Source: Eledone cirrhosa (Eukaryota). From it: a stretch of 64,000 nt of DNA. Each line of letters begins with the position of its first letter. Within the stretch, counting starts at the first letter, position 1. Where the stretch lies: positions 381,114,001 through 381,178,000 of the forward strand of contig OZ024741.1 of the NCBI GenBank assembly GCA_964016885.1. The letters are read 5' to 3'. The position numbers and the translations under genes were made by a program. The notes under the pieces are model-generated. The model made no database searches, was not told the DNA's origin, and was given only the letters and a program-made list of their open reading frames with translations. Positions 54,870-64,000 of the stretch are shown in pieces.

Positions 54870-57800
54870 TTAAGAATAATTATTTGTTTCTTTTACCGGT
54901 TTCACAGTTCTTATGCTTTTCAAAATTAGAATTGAGATGTAGTGTTTAGGGTTTTGTCATAGAGAGATTTGTGCATAACAAAAGATAATGTTCAAGAAAA
55001 GGGATGGGGAGAAATCGTTCTGGTTCAGTGAGTACGTCGGATGTACTGAGGTTTCAAAATTCAGACTTTCTATTGAAATAAATTGAATGTTTGTGTCGAG
55101 AGGGGTGGTGGTGACGGCAGGGTAGAACATAGAGATATATATTTTTATTTTTGTGTGGATGTGTGTGTGTGTGTGTGCGTGTGTGTGTAGGGTATGGTTA
55201 GCATGTTAAGGTGTTAAAATATTAACGTATGTTAAAGTATATTTAGCTCCGGTGTTTTATTTTCGAATATATAAGAGGTTGTTATGTGTGTGTGTGTGGG
55301 GGGGGGGGTATGTCTGTGTCTGTATGGATGGTTAGTATGTTTGGTGTTAACATATTAATGTATATTAAACTATATTTAATGCTGGTCTATATTTTTGAAT
55401 AAACATATTTTCCTTATTTATTCGTATTTGGTCTAGTATATTGTCAGTGCAACAATAAAGTGGGAAGACTTTGAATTTGGGTGTCTTATCGATTGCGCAT
55501 ATGTCTAGATGTGCACTGAGTGGTATCTGTCTTGTTGTAGGGTCTCGTTATTGTTGGAGATCAACTGTCATTCTGTTTCTGAGCGTGAGTTTAGTTTATC
55601 CTATATAATCTTCATTGCATCCTTTACATTTAATGGCATCAAATAATTTTTTTGATGAACAAGTGAAGTGATTTTTTACAACAAAATTTTGTGCTAATTG
55701 AAATGTATACATGGTGCCTTCAATGAGGAGAGTGCAAGTTCTGCAATTACAGCGACCACATTTTATGACAGTTTGTTGTGGGTTTGTGGTGGCATTGGTG
55801 AGTAATGTACATAGTGATTTAGGTTGTCTTTTGATTTTGATTATTTTGTGTGTTTCAAGGACTTTTTCATTCTTGGGTCTTGTTTCAATAGTCTGATCTC
55901 ATGAATAATGTTGTATGCTTTCGTATTTCTTGGGTTCTGTGTTGAGATATATGATAGAATATTGGATGTACCTTAAATTTGTTTCGGCTTTCGTAATTTA
56001 CAAATGCCTATTGCTTTAGCCCCTTCTATTCCATTATCTATTAGTAACGGTGGGCAATGTCTTTCGAGCAGAATTTCCTTAATTCTTGAAGTCTTTTATT
56101 TCGCGTTTCATAATTGGAGACGGTTGTGCAAATTTGTCTTGCCAGATTAAAAGGGATGTTCATCTTCGTGTGCATCGGATGTCTGGAGGAGAATAGCAGG
56201 TATTGTTTGGAATCTGTTGGTTTGTAGTGGATGTCAGTTTCAATATTTGTGCCTTTTTTATGATTAAGATGTTCAGACACGGGAGTTGGTCTTGACTGTA
56301 TTCCATTGTGAATTGGATGTGGTAATTGATGCTGTTAATTAAATTTTTGAAATCATTTAGTTGGTCGTGTGTGTGAGACCGTATAATAAGCAGTCATCCA
56401 AGTAGCGTTTCCAATTCTCTGATAAATATTTGTGGAAGTTCAAGCCGTATTTTGATTTGGAATGTTCATATATTTGGATTTCCGACTATGCTATGACTAA
56501 GTTAGCGTAAGATGGTAGTCCCTGATATTTGTTTGTATGTGCTGCCAACGAAATAAAGAAAGCTGTTCTATAAAATAAATGTTAATCCCTCGGTGATGAA
56601 GCTCTTTTCTATTCTGCCCGGTATCTCATTGGGGTAATTTTCAAGCCATGATCCTATTGCTTGTAGTGGGATCGTCGTGTAGACATTCACTACATCAAAA
56701 GACACAATAATAGTGTCGATGTTGACATGTTTGGGGAGGTGTTTTAAGAGGTCCAGATCGTCTCTTACAAGGCTCGGTATGTGTTTGAAAATTGGTTTTT
56801 GTAGTATGTCTATAAAGTTGATCAGTCTGTGTGTTTCACAATGTGGGCTCGCTACAATTAGTCTTATTTTAAGGTGAGTGGGGTATCGTTACAGGCATCG
56901 TTAATTGTTTTACATTTGTGGATCTTCGGAAGTCCGTAAAGTTTTGCTGGTTTTTTATTCAAAATATGTTAAATAATCGCATTCCTTTTTACTTAAGTCT
57001 TTCTGGTATTGACAAATGAATGCGTTTGATATGGTCATCGTTTTTAATTGCAGGTAGTTGTTTACTCTTTCATAGTAGTTAGTGTCTTGTAAGAGAGAGA
57101 ATATAGAATGTTTATTCTGTTCAGCATCCATAATGACGACAGTACTTCCCTTGTCTGCTTCATTAATTACAATGTCAGTATTTTTTACTGTATTATCGTT
57201 AGAATATGTGTGTGTGTGTCAGTATTGTTTTTAAATCTCCCATTCCCTTCGAGTCGTGTATGGTTTGGATATAGGTTGTGGTAGTTCATGGTATGGGACA
57301 GTTCATATGTCGACACAAAATTTGTCCAGAACTCTGTTCTTGCCCTTTGTTGGGTTGTAGCTGCTTTTATTGTATAATTGATTGGTCGTTATTCTGCTTG
57401 TCAAAAAATTCCTCCGTTAGACGTACTTTTCTACAGAATTGTAAGATATCGTCATTTATCACATTGGGATTAGAGTATTGTGGTGTTGGTGTGAATTTCA
57501 GTCCTTTTGAGAGAATGTTAATTTGTTCGTCTGAGAAGTTTGTATTTGAAAGATTGATTATTTTAGCTTTTCCAAAATCGGTTTGTGCCACCGGGTGTCG
57601 TGGGTACTTTAGCCAATACAAGAGATCAAATACGAATAAATAAGGAAAATATGTTTATTCAAAAATATAGACCATCACTAGAGATAGTTTAATATACATT
57701 AACATGTTAAAACCTTAACATGCTAACCATCCACACATACTCATGCATACACACACACTTAATACCTTCTTCTATATTCGAAAATAAAACACCAGAGCTA

Positions 57801-58700
57801 AATATACTTTAACATACGTTAATATTTTAACATATTAACATGATAAACATACCCCCCCCCACACACACATACACACACATAACACTCTTCTCCATTTCTA
57901 CTAATGGAATCATCTTCCTACACACGCACACACACACACAAAAACACACACACTCACATCTGCACACAAATAAAAATATATATCTGCCACAAACTATCGA
58001 CATAAACATTCAATTTTTTTCAATAGAAAGTCAGAGATACTCACTGAAACAGAACGATTTCTCCCCATCTCTTTTCTTGACCATTATCTTTTGTTATGCA
58101 CAAAACTCTCTATGACAAATCATGTGACTGTGAAAATGGCAATAATGAACCCCCAAATACGAACTGGCGCAAAATTTAATGTACTTATTCACGTGAGAGC
58201 CATCAACCAACCAAATTACATTTATAAAAAAAACAAAAATTTGAGCCACTTTTTAAAGTAAAAATGGGAATAAAGAACCCATAAACGCAAACTGGTGTGA
58301 AAGTTGATATACATCTTCACGTGACATTCATTAACGAACCAGATTTCGGTCATATGGGAAAAAACAACAAATCGAGCCACTTGTTTAAAGGCAAATACAA
58401 TAAGAACTTTGTAACGTGAACTGGTGCGACATTCATTATACTTATTCACGGGAGAGTCATCAACCAACCAAATTATTTTTCAAAAATCCTACCAATTCGA
58501 GCAACATTTTTCCACATAAAACAGAAGTAACATTCGAACATCAACCAGATGCGAGAAAAACCACAAACCCTCCATCTCAATTCTAATATTGGGAAGCATA
58601 AGAACTGCGAAACCGGTAAAGGAAACAAATAAATATCTTTTAAAAGACTCTAGGTGCAGTTTCGATTTCTATTCTTTATACTTTCACTCTTGTAGGACAA
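54870..58700 (-). mobile_element. Second Neptune-like PLE, decayed ORF (~55440-57620) flanked by inverted pLTR copies
   Basis: IINLS..LSKGLKFTPTP, KEADKGSTVVIMD, WKRYLDDC, HYKPTDSKQYL, YIG; 54870-55435 is an inverted copy of parts of 57625-58650. Confidence 0.88.
58150..58545. repeat. ~128-bp tandem repeat (about 3 units) inside the pLTR
   Basis: aactgg.g motif at ~58161, 58289, 58418. Confidence 0.75.
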
Positions 58701-58735
58701 CTCGTTTTTTTTTCTTAAAAAAAACTTCATTTTCT

Positions 58736-58777
<42 letters not shown>

Positions 58778-58881
58778 ATGCATACATATATTTATATTTA
58801 CTTATTTATATATATAATATATGCATATATACACACACACAAACACACACACAGGCACACACACACGCACACACGCACGCG

Positions 58882-58918
<37 letters not shown>

Positions 58919-60189
58919 TTATATTCATGTTGAACGGTCAGTCTGGAGCTTATAAATTATAAGTATTTATATAATTATATAAATATATGTATCATAAAAT
59001 CTGGCATGGTCAGGTGACATTTCCTCCAAGCCCCACTCTCTCACATAGTGTTGATAAGATGTGTCCACATTGTAGCTAGGCAGTAGTTAAAAAACATCTG
59101 TTTATAGCTTACTACCTATGTCTGTCTATGTTCAGACAATAGAAACAACCACATCTATCTATCTGACTCTCTGCCACTCTGCTACACTATTTACCTATAT
59201 ATGTATGTGTGTATGTATGTATGAATGTATGTATGTTCGTACGTATGTATGAATATATGTGTGTGTGTATCTATGTATCTATGTAAGTTTCTATGTATGT
59301 TTGTATATATGTATGCATGTACATATATAGATGTATATCTACTAATGTATTCGATCAATAACAAAAACAACAAAGAATAAATCCCAATAGAATTTCAAAG
59401 ATAAATAGATTCATTTATAGAAGAAGGTCATCTAGCTTGTATGTTTGAAATTGATGAAAGGAAATGTGGTAGAAAACAATTGGTTTATATCGATTTATCT
59501 GGAAATATGGCTATGACTGGAGTGACATAAGGTTAAGATTAGTCGAGCAGTCATGTATATTTAGTCATAATTTTCTTACTAGAGTCCTCCGTCATGTTGG
59601 ATGGATAATATGCTAATATGTATATCTAAAGTCTAAAGACTGTCTTAAGCCAAAATGCTCATTTGACCGGTGCTTATCCACGTTTCACAGCGAAAATTGA
59701 CTAAGAGTTCATGACTCCCACCTGGACAGGACGCCAGTCCGCCGCAGGGTTAAACCCCTAGCTATTGATGGTACTAATTTCTGACTGAGTATACTGGAGC
59801 AACTTGAAATGAAGTGTTTTGCTCTAGAATACAACACGCATTATGATCGTAAGTCCAACACTCTTACCACTAGGCCACGTACCTCCACAGTATATATTTA
59901 CATTTTTTTAAATATATATATATTTATATGGTGAACTAACTGTTGTGTAACCATTTCTACCTAACTCGTCCCATGGACTGAGTGCTCTACCACTACGGAT
60001 ATTACCATCCAGTGTTCTACCACTATATATATATATATATATTTTTAATATAAGGAATTGTTTCTTTGTTTATTCATTATTTTTTTAATAATTTATATAT
60101 ATATATATATATATATAGAAAGAGAGAGAGAGAGGAGAAAGAGAGAGAGACCACTAATCAATGTAGTACTCAATGCTGGACTACCACCA

Positions 60190-60335
60190 CCTAGGCCCTA
60201 CCCTATTCAGGGGGAAGAGGGGAGTCCTTGTAACTTGTGTTCGGCCGAACCACTTTGCATACTTTTCGACAGGGACACATTAATACATACACAATCTGAA
60301 CTCGTGACCAAATGTATTCAAACGCTTCTTTTTAT
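60190..60335 (+). mobile_element. Hydra-like PLE C-terminal fragment
   Basis: PCNLCSAEPLCILF..SELVTKC. Confidence 0.65.
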
Positions 60336-61659
60336 ATAAATTATTGAACTTTTGTGTATTTTTTAGGAATCCGAAGAAAATAAACGTAAAAAAAAGCCGA
60401 TTACTATAAATAATATCATTTACAAGAACAGGTAAAATTCCCATAGGGAGGGACAAAAGTGTCCAGAAGCCGATACAGAGAATCGAACTCTGTGTTTCTT
60501 GAACTCCATCTGTTCTTCATAGGTATCGTATTTAGACATAATCTGTGTGTAACGACTCCTTAGCTCAATAATTAGAAGATTCTGCTGGCATTCGAAAGTA
60601 GTTGGACGTTCCTTAGGGGTTGATGTCTACTGATGACTGATGTTAGTCATTCAGGGTATTTTACCCGGTTCTCTAAGCTATTATGTGTAGCAATCAATTG
60701 TTGTTACAATTATGTTTTGCGTTTGTGATCCTACATTTGCTAAACATTTTTATCGCACGTTCTAAGGACTTTTCCAATTCGTCGCCTAACGACGAATTGG
60801 ACTAATTGGATTCATTAGGTGTTGTTCTCATATGTAAATATTGCTGTTTAGCCTTTAGCAAACAAACCTATGGTCCGAAGCATTCCATCCATGTACATCC
60901 AGTCTTATAGTTCCCGAAAAACCTTAACAAAATTGTCGAAAGTGTTTATTTTATTTTATTTATTTTTTTTTTTTTTGAGAGAGAGAGAGACTTACATGTT
61001 TATATATCAAATTCAACAGCTACACATCAAAATCTGAAAAGCATATGAAGAGAATCTTCATACAAATGCCAAACATACATGTACCAGTTGATCACATTAG
61101 CATATGCGTTGGATGATTCCAGCAATTAAATATTATGTATACCCGACGAAATGAAATCTGATGATTTAAAATTACATGTCCAAACTACACGGTCCTTGCT
61201 TTTAATTTCGTTCCTACTATACTAATACAAATGCTATAAATATACGGCAATGAAGCGGATCACCTGCCGATTCTAGATTTTCAAAGTTAGTATTGTACTT
61301 GAACAAAATAAAGCAGGTGTTAATATGTTCAGAGCGAAATTAAAATATGATCTAATGAGGGAAAGCTGGTTTGGTTCCTTTCATCACAACCCATAACGTT
61401 GTACCAAGCTTGCACCATAAATATTCTACGAGTATCTGTTGTCATCAAAACTGTCCATACAGTAGTTGGCACTTGTAATAAATAAATGACTTATAGACTT
61501 ATTAAAGATATAAAAAGAAACAATAAATAATGCTGAAAGGTCATTAACATAAAATGTACATTAGTCAGTAAATCTTTGCATATACCATTTTATATCAGTG
61601 TCAGTAAATCTGATCGTCTACGTTTCACCCACTTACACACCCCACACACATAATCGCTC

Positions 61660-61678
61660 TCACACACACACACACACA

Positions 61679-61765
<87 letters not shown>

Positions 61766-61835
61766 ACACACAGACACACACACACACACACACGCACATA
61801 CGCACACACACATACACGCATATACGCACACACAT
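61660..61835. repeat. (CA)n microsatellite
   Basis: Direct reading. Confidence 0.95.
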
Positions 61836-62366
61836 GTTGGATACCTCTATTTAATGTGATTTGACCAATACTGGCTTTCAAGCCAAAAGTAATGAGAGTT
61901 TATTGCATTTAGTAATTGATCAGAAAGCATACAAGTCTTTTCAGAAAACATTTTCTGCACTCATTAAAATAATAGATGATTGTGAATCATGATTTCACAT
62001 GCTATGTGATTGACATAATCTACTACTACATAATTAAATCATCGATGTAGTTTAATAGATCTAATACTCAGTTTTGGTTGCGTAATCAGTTTATTTCTGC
62101 AAGACAGTATTACGAGGGAGAATGTTGGTGAATATCGTTCACTGTGTTGAGTACTCATTCAGCCCGATTCTGGGAATTCAATGGAGTGAGTTCTTATCTA
62201 ACGCTAACTCATTTACGTTTTATCAGGTTTTATTTATGTTTTAGCGAATGGTTACACACACACACGCACACACACGCACGCCCCCCCCCCCCACACACAC
62301 ATATCATATTTAATCAGAGGTTAGGTTGTACGGGGTTACGTGTTACCAGTAGCACACGAGAGCGAC

Positions 62367-62397
<31 letters not shown>

Positions 62398-62449
62398 GTA
62401 TTAAGGATACTATTATTGATTATTGTAATCTATATATATATATATAAAT

Positions 62450-63025
62450 ATATGAAAGACGTAAATAAGAAAGTTATGAAAATTGACTTACTTACTAAAA
62501 TTTCACTCCAATTAATTAGTTTCTGTAAGGGGATAAATATAGTTACGTAATATAACCATAGAGAAGCCTTACGTCATCAGGGAGTCTATTCTCAGCTAAG
62601 CTTCCAGGCAATGCGGGGACACTGGGAACTTATATAAAAATAATTCAGTGGATGGAAAAAAAGCGAGCGGGGCTAGATTCCAAGACATTGAAAATTCACT
62701 GCCTACTTGGTCAAGTAACAAATTCAAAAGAATCAATCACGTGACACTGAGGTTAATCAGCTAGGAGTGGGGGTGCTATTAACACAGAGCCTAGCCACTA
62801 CTATCAGTCACAGTAGTAATTTCGGCAAATTTTGCTCAACAAATAATTTGGAGATAATTATAAAGAATTAATATATCTACCGACATATCTATACAGATGC
62901 ATACCTATGCTACCAAATATATATGTTTTGTCTTAGTAACTTTTTGGTTCTATGCAGGGGGATGCAGAACAATTATATGAAATACGTAAATAAGAAAGTT
63001 ATGAAAATTGACTTACTTACTAAAA
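62450..63025 (-). mobile_element. Non-coding HHR-bearing repeat, family A (525-bp unit plus ~50-bp terminal redundancy)
   Basis: Direct repeat 62451-62500 / 62976-63025; colinear with the reverse complement of 35309-35894. Confidence 0.88.
62506..62584 (-). ncRNA. Type I hammerhead ribozyme
   Basis: Minus: ctcc CTGATGA c-gtaagg..ccttac-a GAAA ctaattaa TT ggag (one stem III mutation). Confidence 0.85.
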
Positions 63026-63033
63026 AACAGACA

Positions 63034-63074
<41 letters not shown>

Positions 63075-63075
<1 letters not shown>

Positions 63076-64000
63076 AAAATTTACGAAATGGAAATGCGGG
63101 TATATAGAATTTATTAGGTAACAATTGTTTCTATAGTGTATGAGTTACCTATACTTCGCTACTTGAATAATACACAAATATTATCAAAAACCGAAAGTAC
63201 ACTGTAAGCCAACAAACACCCCATGTCATCAGACCTTTGTATTAGAATGATATGAAAATATTTCATACACTAGATAAAAGATAAAGAAGGAGGTAGGAAG
63301 AGAAGGGGAAGAGGGAAGTGAATAAGGTGGAGGGAGTCTTAGGGTTTAAGACTGTCAGACTAGTAGAGATTGTGAAGAGAGAATGTTTTGGCAGCAGTTA
63401 GCTTAATGAGGCGTGCTAAGGTTGGCTGGGAAGTAGATTCTTCTAGTGGTGTTGTTCGGACAAAATTTAGTTAGAGGGGTCAAAGTGGTACAGTGTCACA
63501 GACAAGTTATTAGGGCTATTATAGTAGCAGGTTATTTCTAAAGGGGTCCAGAAAAACAGTGTTTAGTACTATTATTATAGAAAGCAATATCTAGTGTATA
63601 AACATATAAGACAGAAATTTGCAAACGTTGGTGTAAAAAGGTAACATTATATGCATTTAAAAAAAGAAAAAGTCGTTTTCAAACGATGGTTACAGTATAG
63701 AGAACGTTCAATTTTGCTGTTCAAAAGTTTGTTTACCGACGTTAAAATGCAGTATATCTCTAAATTGCATAACTTGCAGAATCGATGATTTTGCTGATAT
63801 GCAGGCGCAGCTGCAATAATTTGCCAATCAAGGGAGAACGCTTGATTGTTCCTCCGAAGCTGCCAGGCTTTATCGGCGAGGGTTGTTACGGAGCGCATTT
63901 TCTCGTGCCTGATCGAAGATCGATGTTGGTATAGGCGAGCCTTGAAAGAAGTTGCGGTACATCCGACGTAATACCATTTGTTGGTCCTGGAATTTATTGT
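63075..64000 (-). mobile_element. Hydra-like PLE 3' portion running off the window
   Basis: YVGCTATSFKARLYQHRSS, TTLADKAWQLR..WQII..CKLCNLE..LNSK. Confidence 0.85.
63116..63236 (-). ncRNA. Type I hammerhead ribozyme with long stem II
   Basis: Minus: aggt CTGATGA c-atgg..ctat-a GAAA caattg TT acct. Confidence 0.82.

Noticed and set aside
60465-60510. tRNA-like T-arm (gagttcgattctc on minus strand)
   Set aside because: No cloverleaf; probably a SINE head remnant.
60990-61042. Possible 38-bp minus-strand exon (ttttcag..gtaagt)
   Set aside because: Stops in all three frames and no partner exons; cannot be supported without RNA data.

Overview
AT-rich, microsatellite-dense animal DNA with no supportable host protein-coding gene; the repeat content (tRNA-derived SINE of the cephalopod type) suggests a cephalopod, probably octopus (inference). 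The window is a nested transposon graveyard: a near full-length CR1/L2-group LINE (15.7-20.5 kb) plus a decayed sister copy, RTE, L1/Tx1 and CRE fragments, a Buster-type hAT, Helentron-associated (HINE/DINE-1-like) elements, SINEs with TSDs, and Penelope-like elements (PLEs) of three lineages (Hydra-, Naiad- and Neptune-like). The main signal invisible to the ORF track is about 15 type I hammerhead ribozyme (HHR) motifs, mostly with palindromic stem III. Several sit in two non-coding ~530 bp and ~665 bp repeat families that occur as 1.1-1.5-mers with different end points and covarying stem II, as expected for retrozyme-like (circular/multimeric RNA) elements. One HHR has the U3-A8 variant core and several have a C.A or U.U mismatch at the base of stem II. 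All structures were folded and aligned by eye; element boundaries are approximate.
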